A DNA stretch of 64,000 nucleotides from a virus (taxonomy: Duplodnaviria > Caudoviricetes). The translations under genes were made by a program, and so were the position numbers. Where the stretch lies: IMG/VR virus record IMGVR_UViG_3300028048_003124, one strand, 5' to 3'. This document shows, in pieces, positions 1 to 9,341 of this stretch (the first letter of the stretch is position 1; each line of letters opens with the position of its first letter). Below the pieces are notes generated by a model that saw only the letters and a program-made list of their open reading frames with translations, did no database searches and was not told the DNA's origin.

Positions 1-14
1 AGGGTAGTGGTTAT

Positions 15-581
15 ATGATTTCTATTGAAAAAATACATACGAGTGTAGATATTTCAGATATTGATATATCAGGTAACAGAAAAGAAAGGTTAAAGTCAGC
101 CCTAGAGGGTACTTTGTTAAGATTGATTTCTCAGATGCCTAAGGTAGATGTTATACAAGACGTACCTAAACATACTTATAAGTTGTGGGAGGTTTCATAT
201 CTTTCAGGTGGGTTATTGTCTATAAAGAAGACAGGAAGTCGTTTTTATGTGTATTTAAGGAAAAATGGTGCAGAAGTTAGTTACTCTAAAAGGTTGTCAT
301 TCCTTGCAAGAGATGCCATAGACTTTGTGCAGTCTGAGGGGGACATTCAAGATTTTATCAGTAGATTGAGAGATATTGCTGTTAAAGAGGAGTCATTGAT
401 TTCAGAAGCTGGTTTAGATTATAATAAGGAAAGTGCTTCAGATTTCTTTAAGGTTAATTTCTTAAACACTGGTAAAACTTTAAAAGAGGTAATATCTTTA
501 ATGAGAAGTAAAGGTTACTCATCTACAAGCACTCTTCAGGCTGTTGTAGATGTACTCAAAGACACAACTTGGGTAGAGTAG
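15..581 (+). CDS. Hypothetical protein, paralog family A (shared C-terminal helical motif)
   Basis: 188 aa ORF. C-terminus GKTLKEVISLMRSKGYS...AVVDVLKDTTWVE matches 899..1522 and 1770..2369. Confidence 0.8.
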   Translation: MISIEKIHTSVDISDIDISGNRKERLKSALEGTLLRLISQMPKVDVIQDVPKHTYKLWEVSYLSGGLLSIKKTGSRFYVYLRKNGAEVSYSKRLSFLARDAIDFVQSEGDIQDFISRLRDIAVKEESLISEAGLDYNKESASDFFKVNFLNTGKTLKEVISLMRSKGYSSTSTLQAVVDVLKDTTWVE

Positions 582-596
582 AGAAGGAGGGTTCTT

Positions 597-899
597 ATGC
601 ATACATTTTATGTTCAATCTCTTAAGATAAATGGCACTAGGTGCTTAACGCCAGATTTGGCTCAGTTAGGTCTTTTGGGAAGTCACAATGGTTGTGGACC
701 TGTTTTAGTTGCAAAGAGAATGCTGGGGTTTATAGGAAAGAATTTTAGGAAAGTATCAAAAAGAGATGTATTTGGGTCGGTAAATTCTGGCTACAAGACA
801 AACCCAGATGAGCAAGAGAAGACATGGGTGTCTTTGGTTGATGAGAATAACAAATGTTTTTATATTGCGTTTGATTTAGTATCTAGGAGGCATATGTAG
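597..899 (+). CDS. Small protein, paralog family B (GPxxAAK / LVDENxK motif)
   Basis: GGAGG RBS. Clear paralog of 2389..2688 (LKINGT, GP..AK, RDVFG, LVDE...AFD). Confidence 0.8.
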   Translation: MHTFYVQSLKINGTRCLTPDLAQLGLLGSHNGCGPVLVAKRMLGFIGKNFRKVSKRDVFGSVNSGYKTNPDEQEKTWVSLVDENNKCFYIAFDLVSRRHM

Positions 900-1522
900 T
901 GGAATCAAAGATAGCTTTTTATAGTAGCGGTGTTTTTTGTGAATGTCTTTCTAATTATTCAAATGGTTCTTCTTGGGGTTTTACATCCGATAAAGAGGGC
1001 TTTAATACTATTTATGAGGCGTTAACAAGTAGTGCAGAAACTTTATTGAAATACCACGGAGTAGAACAGTCCGCTCACAGATTTCCAGTAGATTATGATG
1101 AAGCTATAAAAATAGATTTAGATATAAGAGTTGGAAGGGGTTATGTTTCTTTATATGAGATACAAATAGATGGTAGTACAGAGAATGAGACTTTGCTGCT
1201 CAAGGCATATAAAGATCAAATAGAGGTTTATACGCAGGGTTATGGATCAGAGGATGCTTCTCTCGTAGTTTTAGTGAATATGCTAACAACAAAGGGTATG
1301 TTAATTTCTGATGAGTATACTATTACTAGTGTGGCTAATTCTGGTGCCTTAGGAGATAAGGCTAAATCGGTTGTTATGTACAGAGAGTTTGACAAGTTAT
1401 TCAAGTCTGGTAAGCACTCACTAAATACGGTAGTAGACATCTTCAAGAAAAGAGGGTATTCTGATAAACAGATATATCAGGCTATAATGAATACTCTAGG
1501 TTCTGCTGTTTGGGAGGATTAG
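899..1522 (+). CDS. Hypothetical protein, paralog family A
   Basis: C-terminus KRGYSDKQIYQAIMNTLGSAVWED. Confidence 0.8.
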   Translation: MESKIAFYSSGVFCECLSNYSNGSSWGFTSDKEGFNTIYEALTSSAETLLKYHGVEQSAHRFPVDYDEAIKIDLDIRVGRGYVSLYEIQIDGSTENETLLLKAYKDQIEVYTQGYGSEDASLVVLVNMLTTKGMLISDEYTITSVANSGALGDKAKSVVMYREFDKLFKSGKHSLNTVVDIFKKRGYSDKQIYQAIMNTLGSAVWED

Positions 1523-1567
1523 TCGTAAGTATTTAAATATTGTGGTACAAAGTCAAAGGGGTATATT

Positions 1568-1777
1568 ATGGATAAGTTAAAAGATCTTTATTGTTCTGTT
1601 TTTGATGAAAATGGTGAAATTAAACTTTGTGGCAGAGAGGCTTGTAAAAGGCTAATTGTTGAAATGAAGTGCTATACAAGTGTTGATGTAGGTGATGAAG
1701 ACTCTGGATTTATGAATGTAGATAACATGAAAAAAGAGTATAAAAGGTTAGTGGAAGAGGGTATTAATAATGATTAA
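1568..1777 (+). CDS. Small hypothetical phage protein
   Basis: 69 aa ORF with RBS, overlapping the next gene. Confidence 0.7.
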   Translation: MDKLKDLYCSVFDENGEIKLCGREACKRLIVEMKCYTSVDVGDEDSGFMNVDNMKKEYKRLVEEGINND

Positions 1778-2369
1778 ATGCTATGATGAAAACAGTTTTG
1801 ATTTTTTATTTACTCCTATTAAAGATATGATACCTTTTGGTAGTAAGAGTATGTATAAAGATTTTTACAATTTAGTTACAGGTTTAGCTAAAGGTGTGAA
1901 CAATTATAACGGCTCAACAAAAGATATAGTAGTTGATAAAAAGAGAACAGATAATGATTTCCATGATATAGTGATAAAGGTTGGTTCTTGCAGGTTAGTT
2001 CTTGTAGAAGTACTCTATGATTATGAGATGAATGTGTCTGGAGAATTTTTAATGGCGTCAATTTTCCCAGATAGTATAGAGGTAATTGCAAGAGATGGCG
2101 ATTATCTTTCCCATATACGCTCACTTGGGTATCTCATAGTAGTGTGTATGCGAAATCAGAAAAAGTTGTCCGCTAAGAAGATAGAAACATTGATTAAGAG
2201 TGATAAAAACAGTACCATAACTGCTATGAGCTTGTTTAGTGAATGTTTCATGAAAAACGGTTTAAGCTATGATACTTCAATAAAAAGATTAAAAAGTGCT
2301 GGTTTTTCTGATAAACAGATTTATAGAGCGGTAAGTGATGTATTAGGATCATCAGTGTGGGTAGATTAA
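1770..2369 (+). CDS. Hypothetical protein, paralog family A
   Basis: C-terminus SAGFSDKQIYRAVSDVLGSSVWVD. Confidence 0.8.
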   Translation: MIKCYDENSFDFLFTPIKDMIPFGSKSMYKDFYNLVTGLAKGVNNYNGSTKDIVVDKKRTDNDFHDIVIKVGSCRLVLVEVLYDYEMNVSGEFLMASIFPDSIEVIARDGDYLSHIRSLGYLIVVCMRNQKKLSAKKIETLIKSDKNSTITAMSLFSECFMKNGLSYDTSIKRLKSAGFSDKQIYRAVSDVLGSSVWVD

Positions 2370-2388
2370 AAATAAGGAGGAGAGTTTT

Positions 2389-2688
2389 ATGTCTCATAGG
2401 TTTATAGTATGGGGTTTAAAGGTCAATGGCACTCAGTATAATGGGAGTGCTTTTAATAAAGCAGGGTACATGGCTAAAGGACCTATAACAGCAGCAAAAC
2501 AGATCTTGGGAAACAAGGGCAGAAATTTTCATATTGCTACACAAAGGGATGTATTTGGAAAGTATTGGGCTTCAAACAATCCATCAAGGGTTGTTGCCGC
2601 CGATGTACAACCTGCAATAGAGCAAACATATATTCAGTTGGTAGATGAGACAGGCAAGCATTATTTTGTTGCCTTTGATGCGATATAA
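2389..2688 (+). CDS. Small protein, paralog family B
   Basis: AGGAGG RBS. AKGPITAAK and LVDETGKHYFVAFD motifs. Confidence 0.8.
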   Translation: MSHRFIVWGLKVNGTQYNGSAFNKAGYMAKGPITAAKQILGNKGRNFHIATQRDVFGKYWASNNPSRVVAADVQPAIEQTYIQLVDETGKHYFVAFDAI

Positions 2689-2703
2689 GGAGTATGATTA
2701 TTT

Positions 2704-3420
2704 ATGAAAATGTACCATGAGTTAGCGCAAGTAAAAGAAGGTAATAAGAGAGTTGGTTGGCTTGTTTCTTCTTACTCTGATTTAAAGAATGCGATGTTTT
2801 ACCCTTTAGAGTATTTACCCGAAGATACTTTTATAAGCTGTGTAGATAGGGGATTAGTACAGTATTTTACTATTAAGAATGGTAATTTGGCTATTGAGTA
2901 CACAGATGAAGAGCTACTAGAGTTTAAAAAGGTAGGAATTAAGAAAGTGCCTACCACTGATTTAAGGGAATACTTAAGTATGGATGTGAGTCTACAGCAT
3001 AAACCTTTGTTTGAAGCTTTTAATGGTGGTAAACCTTATGTATATGGTATATCTGCAAGGAAGTTGTACGGCAGAATATTCTGCCAAGTATGGGTATTTT
3101 GTGAAGCTCCCTCCGTTGTTTCGATTAGGCTTTTTCATCAAAATCTACTTACCAAGGCAGATAACAGTATTCTAGCGATAGCAACGACGATGGGTACTGT
3201 AAAGACAGGTGTAAATTGTGTATATGGTATGCCCTCGATAAGTTTAATGGAGCTTTGGAAAAGGTATGATATGGCAAACATTTCTATGAAATCAGCAAAA
3301 ACTGCATTACGGACGGCTAAGAAGTTTGCTGAGGGTGATGCCAAAAAGACTAAAAGGGTAAATAAACTGTATTCTGGAGAGGAATTAGAAGAAATAATTA
3401 GACGTGTAGAGACTATATAA
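2704..3420 (+). CDS. Hypothetical protein
   Basis: 238 aa ORF with RBS, in operon. Confidence 0.7.
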   Translation: MKMYHELAQVKEGNKRVGWLVSSYSDLKNAMFYPLEYLPEDTFISCVDRGLVQYFTIKNGNLAIEYTDEELLEFKKVGIKKVPTTDLREYLSMDVSLQHKPLFEAFNGGKPYVYGISARKLYGRIFCQVWVFCEAPSVVSIRLFHQNLLTKADNSILAIATTMGTVKTGVNCVYGMPSISLMELWKRYDMANISMKSAKTALRTAKKFAEGDAKKTKRVNKLYSGEELEEIIRRVETI

Positions 3421-3441
3421 GTTTTAAAAAGGTGGTATATT

Positions 3442-4149
3442 ATGTTTGATCTTTCTTTGTCTGTTGTTGGTAATGCAAAGCGCATGCCGACGGTAATGGT
3501 ACTTAGCGTTGTTTTGTTTTCAACAAACATAGATGCTAAAGAGAGCATAAAGATTTTGTCAGAGAGGTATAATTCTCTATTAACTTCTGTTAAAGGTATT
3601 ATCGGTGAGTGTGGTAATATCAAGAAAGGGGTTATTTCTACTTCTGCTAGATATAAGAACGTAGAGAAAAAGAATAGCAATGGAACAAAAGTAAGTACTA
3701 GCGAGTTCTCCCATTATTACTCTACGCAAAGTATGGTAATATCTGATATGGATATAAACATTGATACATTGATTCTGTTGATGAACGAAGCCTATTCAAG
3801 CGAAGGGGTAAGTTCTTGTGACTTTTCTTTTTCTTTAAAAGAAGACGAGATGTATGCTTTAAGAGAAGAAGCTATAAGAAAAGCATTTGAGGAAGCCACG
3901 CATAAGGCAGAGCTGTTCAGTATAATGAATAAAAGTGCTGGAAAGTTTAAACTTAAAGACGTAAACATGAATTCCTCGGTATCATCGAGAAACGCTAAGA
4001 TGAAGGCAGGGATTGACAGCTCCGTTTTTGATAATTTAGATTTTGGGGCAGTTGAGAATACTGGTCTTGTATTGTTAAGAGATAATATTGATGTAAAAGA
4101 AGTAAGTGTTTCTCAAACTATTTCTTTTACTTTTGAGATAGGTGAGTAG
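3442..4149 (+). CDS. SIMPL (DUF541)-domain protein
   Basis: N-terminal LSVVGNAK..P, then FSFSL...LREEAIRKAFEEATHKAE and C-terminal VSVSQTISFTFEI, the typical SIMPL pattern. No signal peptide. Confidence 0.7.
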   Translation: MFDLSLSVVGNAKRMPTVMVLSVVLFSTNIDAKESIKILSERYNSLLTSVKGIIGECGNIKKGVISTSARYKNVEKKNSNGTKVSTSEFSHYYSTQSMVISDMDINIDTLILLMNEAYSSEGVSSCDFSFSLKEDEMYALREEAIRKAFEEATHKAELFSIMNKSAGKFKLKDVNMNSSVSSRNAKMKAGIDSSVFDNLDFGAVENTGLVLLRDNIDVKEVSVSQTISFTFEIGE

Positions 4150-4151
4150 GG

Positions 4152-4667
4152 ATGTTACAATATCGTGGGAAGGCTGCTACTGACAAACCATTTATCGCAA
4201 CAGATACGATAAGCGTTAGTACAAAAGAAGTTGAAGATATTTGTAAAGACCTAATACTTGCTTTAAGAAAAGTCAATATTCGCAGTATTTCCGATCTTGT
4301 ACTATCATCCGTAGAAGGAAAAGGGTACATCTCTTTAGATATAGCAAATAATAGTAAGGATTTAAACATTCATATCTATTTTAAAGATGCAGATTGTAGT
4401 ATCATAAACATCTCTGCTGACAATGGTAATTATAAAGAGTTTATACAAAAATCTGGTAATGAAGACTTATCTAAAGCTATTGAGAATACCTTAAAGAAAA
4501 TAACGAAATACTTTGGTAACATTGTACATAGCATACGACTGTCAAGCAAAACAAGATCGGGTATCTATATATCATCCGAAAGATTTTGGAACAGTAAATT
4601 ACGAATATTAAGATTACATGATGTGTGCAACAAGGAGTACATAAACGTACTAATAAAAAGTATATAG
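4152..4667 (+). CDS. Hypothetical protein
   Basis: 171 aa ORF in operon. Confidence 0.7.
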   Translation: MLQYRGKAATDKPFIATDTISVSTKEVEDICKDLILALRKVNIRSISDLVLSSVEGKGYISLDIANNSKDLNIHIYFKDADCSIINISADNGNYKEFIQKSGNEDLSKAIENTLKKITKYFGNIVHSIRLSSKTRSGIYISSERFWNSKLRILRLHDVCNKEYINVLIKSI

Positions 4668-4681
4668 GAGGTGCATTGGTA

Positions 4682-4858
4682 ATGGCTAGATCTCGTTCTA
4701 TAAATTTAAAGACTTATGTTGTTGTGTGCAGACATAAGATTAATAAAAATGATATAAAGAGTGTACCTGTTTATGCTCCATCCAAACAATGGATTCGGGC
4801 TAATTGGTACTCCCTTATAGGTAGATCAGACTATACAATTATAAGTATAAACGGGTAA
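4682..4858 (+). CDS. Small basic hypothetical protein
   Basis: GGAGG RBS precedes ATG at 4682, in frame with track ORF 4625..4858. Confidence 0.6.
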   Translation: MARSRSINLKTYVVVCRHKINKNDIKSVPVYAPSKQWIRANWYSLIGRSDYTIISING

Positions 4859-4866
4859 TTACATTA

Positions 4867-4905
4867 AGGCTAGGCTTATATAATGTAAGTCTAGCCTAAT
4901 TTTTT
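4867..4905 (+). terminator. Rho-independent terminator
   Basis: aggctaggctta...taagtctagcct stem followed by a T run. Confidence 0.7.
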
Positions 4906-4915
4906 ACAGAGTTTA

Positions 4916-4944
4916 TTGCTAAAATATACAATGTATGGTAAAAT
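4916..4944 (+). promoter_or_regulatory. sigmaA-like promoter
   Basis: TTGCTA-17bp-TAAAAT with extended TG. Confidence 0.7.
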
Positions 4945-4978
4945 TATTACATAAAAATAAAAAGGGGTTTAATGTGCT

Positions 4979-5353
4979 ATGAGTAATATGGTCGTTTCTT
5001 TGTACCTTGGTTTGACTTGGCAGGATGTGTTAAGGTATAGAGATATTATGCTCAACAAGTCTGATAAAGAAATAAAGGAAGGAAATTGTTTCACAAGAGC
5101 AGTAAACGCAGATACATATTCTGTTGAGTTATCTCTGGTAGATAGGGTAACAGATAATAGTGGGTTGGTTAGCCCAGTAGTTACAATCTCTGTACGTACA
5201 GGGGGTGTAGAGGTAGCAAAGGATATGTTCACTGGTACTGGTTTGAAGTTTGATGCTCATACCGAGGATTCAATTTGTCGGCTTTTTGTGTTACAACAAG
5301 GTTCAGATGTTACCTATCACGTAAATGTTAACATCGTAGATGATACAATGTAA
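4979..5353 (+). CDS. Hypothetical protein
   Basis: 124 aa ORF directly after the promoter. Confidence 0.65.
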   Translation: MSNMVVSLYLGLTWQDVLRYRDIMLNKSDKEIKEGNCFTRAVNADTYSVELSLVDRVTDNSGLVSPVVTISVRTGGVEVAKDMFTGTGLKFDAHTEDSICRLFVLQQGSDVTYHVNVNIVDDTM

Positions 5354-5368
5354 GGAGTAATACATAGC

Positions 5369-5548
5369 ATGAGAAGTACTAAAAAACTAAACAGAACTCA
5401 GAGAAATCTTTTATCTAAGTGTGGCTATACTGGTGATCTGAGCGGTATTCAGTATCTTAAAGAAGATAAGGACTATTTGTACTTTTTTGTTCTGGAGGAC
5501 AATACTGTTTTGAAGTATAATAAGTCTTTAAGAGAAATAGAACCTTAA
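5369..5548 (+). CDS. Small hypothetical protein (59 aa, not in ORF track)
   Basis: AAGGAG RBS. MRSTKKLNRTQRNLLSKCG...REIEP* fills the gap in the operon. Confidence 0.65.
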   Translation: MRSTKKLNRTQRNLLSKCGYTGDLSGIQYLKEDKDYLYFFVLEDNTVLKYNKSLREIEP

Positions 5549-5560
5549 GGGTATATCGGT

Positions 5561-5992
5561 ATGAATTACAATAAAAAATTAAAAGAGTTTACTGTATTTA
5601 ACGTTATTGATTTGATACGTTTTAGGGATCATTTACAGAAGATGCGTGGTATCTCTGTAGATGATTTCTTTTTGAATTTTATGAAGAAAGGTGTCTCATA
5701 TTTAACTATCCTAGAGAAGGGTAATGGTTCATATGATTACTTTATCTCTGAGAGTATAAGAGAAGCTTTTTTGAAAAATAGAAGTAATGATGTAGAGATA
5801 CACATGTCTAAGTCTTTTAGCAATGGAAAAATGTTGAGTAATGTTGAAAAATCGGAGACTACTGGTAAGTATAATTCATACATCATTCCTTTATCAAAAG
5901 AAGATTATGATAGAGAAGGTATTACTACTTATGGTTTGGAGTGTGTTGCGATTTCGTTGCTTATTAAGATATTAGGTGGTGTAAATAAGTGA
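5561..5992 (+). CDS. Hypothetical protein, paralog of 5989..6444
   Basis: NGKMLSNVEKS..GKYNSYIIPL vs NGDMLKCLEHS..YKYCSYILSL. Confidence 0.7.
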   Translation: MNYNKKLKEFTVFNVIDLIRFRDHLQKMRGISVDDFFLNFMKKGVSYLTILEKGNGSYDYFISESIREAFLKNRSNDVEIHMSKSFSNGKMLSNVEKSETTGKYNSYIIPLSKEDYDREGITTYGLECVAISLLIKILGGVNK

Positions 5993-6444
5993 GATTTGCA
6001 TCAGACAGGTCTAATAGTATTTTACGCGAGGACTTCTACCTAAATAACGTAAAAACGAACAAGGGCACATTATTAAATAATACATCAGATTATGCTATCA
6101 CCAATTATATTGCGCCATCTAATAACTATATAGTTTATACGCCTGATGTTGCTATATTTCATGGGTGTGAGTATATTGTTGTTCACAGCATAAACTCTTT
6201 ATGCGCTAGATATTATAATACTAATGTGTATATTGAGGATGGCTTTATAAACGGGGATATGCTAAAGTGCTTAGAGCACTCAAGTGTATATCCTTACAAA
6301 TATTGTTCGTATATTTTAAGTTTAGGTGATATAGAGTACAAAAACTTTCTCTTTAATGAAAAGCGAGGGTATAAAGAAGTTGTAAGTTGGTTATCCGAAA
6401 AAGTTATTCAGGCTATAGATTATAAGGCTTCAAAAGGTTTCTAA
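5989..6444 (+). CDS. Hypothetical protein, paralog of 5561..5992
   Basis: Shared C-terminal motif, see 5561..5992. Confidence 0.7.
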   Translation: MRFASDRSNSILREDFYLNNVKTNKGTLLNNTSDYAITNYIAPSNNYIVYTPDVAIFHGCEYIVVHSINSLCARYYNTNVYIEDGFINGDMLKCLEHSSVYPYKYCSYILSLGDIEYKNFLFNEKRGYKEVVSWLSEKVIQAIDYKASKGF

Positions 6445-6466
6445 TTGCCAAGTATGGAGGGCGTTT

Positions 6467-7780
6467 ATGTCAGACAAATTAACTCTAAGAATTGAGGGTA
6501 TGCTAAGTTTTATAGATATGAATGGCGAATCTGGTTTTGATGATTCAAAGGTAGAGGAGCTAGAGTCTATTATCCTTGAGTGCAACTCTAATATGTCAGG
6601 AACTGCTACAAATGCAGTTGCAGATAGTATCTATGACACTCTTTATGATATGTTAAAGATGGTAGCTCCTGAAAGCAAGGTATTAAGCGAGATTTGGGAA
6701 GATGATGGGGAGATTTCTGAGTATACTGATTTACTCATAAAGAATCCTATGATGTCTATTGAGACAGCGAAATCATATTCATGCAAGGCTTTATCTAATT
6801 TCATAGCCAGAATGCCCGAAGAAACGGGGTACTTTGCTTCTTATAAGATCAATGGTCACGGTATCAGGGTAGTATATAAAAATGGAGAGCTTGTGTCTGC
6901 AACAAGTAGAGCTAGAAGTTCAGCAGGAAGAGACCTAACGCATCATATGAGGGTTTTGTTAGGCGATAGGAATGATAGTTTAGCTGAGTATGATCTTGTT
7001 GAGTTGAGAGGTGAACTATGCTTACCTGTTAATAAGTTAGATGATGCTAGAAGTTTCAATGCAGGTTTGAAGTCTGCATTTTCTGCTGTATCTTCTCTGA
7101 TAAGACCGTCAGCGACTGATGAGGAAATTTCTTTGTTGGATTTCCTTTGCTATGGTTTTATCATGGATGGTGTGTCTTTTGATACAAGAGAAGATGAGTT
7201 TCAACAGATTGAGTCTGTTGGTTTTACTACTCCGCAGTATCTACTCATTGAGTCTACTAACAAAGATGAGTTACTAGCGGTCATCAAGGACGTTGTTACT
7301 GCTTTTGAAGAGCAGTATGAAGAGTTTGGCTACTTCTGCGATGGTGTTGTATTTGAGTGCAACGACAGGGGCTTGTTTGCAGAGCTAGGTACAGAAGGAA
7401 ACCATAATAATGGTAACATTGCTCTTAAAGTAGGAGTTTGGGAGCAAGTAAGCTACAGTGGGTATGTCCAGAAGATACTGTGGACTAGGGGTAAGACTAA
7501 ACTTTCACCTGTTGCTATTGTTGCAGATAATGCCGATATGATGATAGAGGACGATAGTGGTGAAATCGTAAACTGGGATGATTTAGGAGTTTTAACAGCT
7601 CAGGGTAATAAGGTCAGAAGAGTACCTTTGTATGAGCCAAAGAATATTCTTATTCTTGATGCGTATCCAGGTGAGGTTATATACTTTAGATACGGCGGAG
7701 AAGCTGGAGTTGTGCCTTGTTTCCCAGATGGAAGGCTTCTAAAAGAAGATGCAGCTTTAGACATCTTGTTGGGTGAATAA
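6467..7780 (+). CDS. ligA: NAD+-dependent DNA ligase-like protein (adenylation + OB domains only)
   Basis: Domain Ia DSIYDTL, motif I YKING, ELRGE, LDFLCYG, CDGVVF, IALK, OB-fold LWTRGKTKLSPVA. No Zn finger, HhH or BRCT. Confidence 0.8.
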   Translation: MSDKLTLRIEGMLSFIDMNGESGFDDSKVEELESIILECNSNMSGTATNAVADSIYDTLYDMLKMVAPESKVLSEIWEDDGEISEYTDLLIKNPMMSIETAKSYSCKALSNFIARMPEETGYFASYKINGHGIRVVYKNGELVSATSRARSSAGRDLTHHMRVLLGDRNDSLAEYDLVELRGELCLPVNKLDDARSFNAGLKSAFSAVSSLIRPSATDEEISLLDFLCYGFIMDGVSFDTREDEFQQIESVGFTTPQYLLIESTNKDELLAVIKDVVTAFEEQYEEFGYFCDGVVFECNDRGLFAELGTEGNHNNGNIALKVGVWEQVSYSGYVQKILWTRGKTKLSPVAIVADNADMMIEDDSGEIVNWDDLGVLTAQGNKVRRVPLYEPKNILILDAYPGEVIYFRYGGEAGVVPCFPDGRLLKEDAALDILLGE

Positions 7781-7790
7781 CTAATAAAGA

Positions 7791-8534
7791 TTGGCGGTTG
7801 TAATTATGTATAGAGAGGTAAGTGAGATACCAAACACTATTGCTAAGAATACTTTTCTTGTCTTAGAGAGGATAATTAAGTCTAATGGAGTTAGTGGAAA
7901 TTTTAAGGGACCTTTTACCTTTGGTATAAATGATAACAAGGATTTTGTAATGAATCTCTCATATACAAAAGAGGTGAAAAAGTTTTCAACACCGCTATCT
8001 TTTGAAAGAGTGGAGTATCTGTTATACAGTGATGTAAGGGAGATTGTATACGAATGCGGTTTAGATGTAGAGAAGTCTTTCTCTGATGGAAAGATTAGAG
8101 ATAACTTATGGGAGTGTATAAGCTATATAAGAAAAAACTCCCCTCAAGGAAGGGTACATGGATATGTAGTTTTCGGAGAGGTAAGTTCTACAGTAAAACC
8201 GACGAGCATAATCCTAAGATCTGGATACTTCCTTAACGCTGAGAATGTTAGTAATAACGGCAATAGCCTGTGGTTATATTTAAGAGAGATTGGTGATAAA
8301 AAGATTGAGAAGATCTCTTACTATCCTGATACTGGAGAATTACTTGTACACGGTAGGGGTAGATGTGCTTCTGTAGAGTTTTATAGAAAAGGAATTTATG
8401 CCTACAAAAAACTAAAGAAGCTGTTTCTAAACGATTTCTGCTGTTTAGGGTATAGAATGGTTGTGTTTAACCGAAAAAACAATAAGTTTTCTACGCTAGA
8501 TGTACCCAGAAAGAGGGGTAAGTCTGCGGTATAA
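7791..8534 (+). CDS. Hypothetical protein
   Basis: ~245 aa ORF; start may be ATG 7806. Confidence 0.65.
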   Translation: MAVVIMYREVSEIPNTIAKNTFLVLERIIKSNGVSGNFKGPFTFGINDNKDFVMNLSYTKEVKKFSTPLSFERVEYLLYSDVREIVYECGLDVEKSFSDGKIRDNLWECISYIRKNSPQGRVHGYVVFGEVSSTVKPTSIILRSGYFLNAENVSNNGNSLWLYLREIGDKKIEKISYYPDTGELLVHGRGRCASVEFYRKGIYAYKKLKKLFLNDFCCLGYRMVVFNRKNNKFSTLDVPRKRGKSAV

Positions 8535-8592
8535 TGCTTTAACTCTTACTTTTAGTAGAGTTGCATTTAAAAATGTAAGAAAACAGGTAATT

Positions 8593-8627
8593 TAAGACAG
8601 TCTTTGTATGAGGCTGTCTTATTGTTT
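8593..8627 (+). terminator. Hairpin / probable terminator
   Basis: taagacagtct-ttgtatg-aggctgtctta inverted repeat followed by a T-rich tract. Confidence 0.5.
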
Positions 8628-8720
8628 AGTCTTATTTTTCTAGAGTTACTCTGTAGTTTTTGGAAGTGGTTTGTTTTGGGCAAGACAAAAGTAACCTTAA
8701 AAAGTAAAGAAGAGATTGCT

Positions 8721-9338
8721 ATGCAAGAGTACCAAGACTTATATGATGAGGAAGGTAATTTTATAGAGTCCGAGTACGACAAGCTAACATCAGATACCAA
8801 ATGTACAAAGAAGAGTACTAATTTCATAGTAGAGTTGCTAAAAATGTCTTTAATAATTATTTTACTGTGTGGTATATTTTTCTCTTTATTTGTAAATGCT
8901 GAGATACCAAGTGAGTCAATGGAACCAACAATAAACGTAGGAGATAGGATACTAGGTTTTCGTTGGTTTAAAGATATAACTCGTGGGGATATAGTAATAT
9001 TTCATTCTCCTGATAATGGAAAACTTTTTATCAAAAGGGTAATAGGCTTGCCAGGAGATCATATTTCAATAGATAGAGGTTTTGTAAAAATAAACGGTGA
9101 GGTTATAGATGAACCGTGGTTGCCTGTAGATGTTGTTGGTCAGACTTTTTATGACGGTGATAAAGATATAGGTGAGGTTCCAAACAATTGTTATTTCGTA
9201 CTAGGGGATAACAGGACAAACTCACATGATAGTCGATACTTTAGTACAACATGGGTTGAGAGGAAAGCTATTGTTGCTAAGGCTGTTTGTAGGTATTTTC
9301 CTTTTAATAAGATGTGTACTTTTACTAAGGAGGGTTAA
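8721..9338 (+). CDS. lepB: Signal peptidase I (S26)
   Basis: TM helix, then IPSESMEPTINVGDR (catalytic Ser), FIKRVIGLPGD (catalytic Lys) and YFVLGDNRTNSHDSR. Start moved to ATG 8721. Confidence 0.92.
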   Translation: MQEYQDLYDEEGNFIESEYDKLTSDTKCTKKSTNFIVELLKMSLIIILLCGIFFSLFVNAEIPSESMEPTINVGDRILGFRWFKDITRGDIVIFHSPDNGKLFIKRVIGLPGDHISIDRGFVKINGEVIDEPWLPVDVVGQTFYDGDKDIGEVPNNCYFVLGDNRTNSHDSRYFSTTWVERKAIVAKAVCRYFPFNKMCTFTKEG

Positions 9339-9341
9339 TAT

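Noticed and set aside
8604-8720. Upstream TTG start for the signal peptidase (also extended track starts at 27444, 42713, 49218, 53950, 58930, 61598)
   Set aside because: These extensions overlap terminators, promoters or AT-rich gaps; downstream in-frame ATGs with better RBS context are more plausible.
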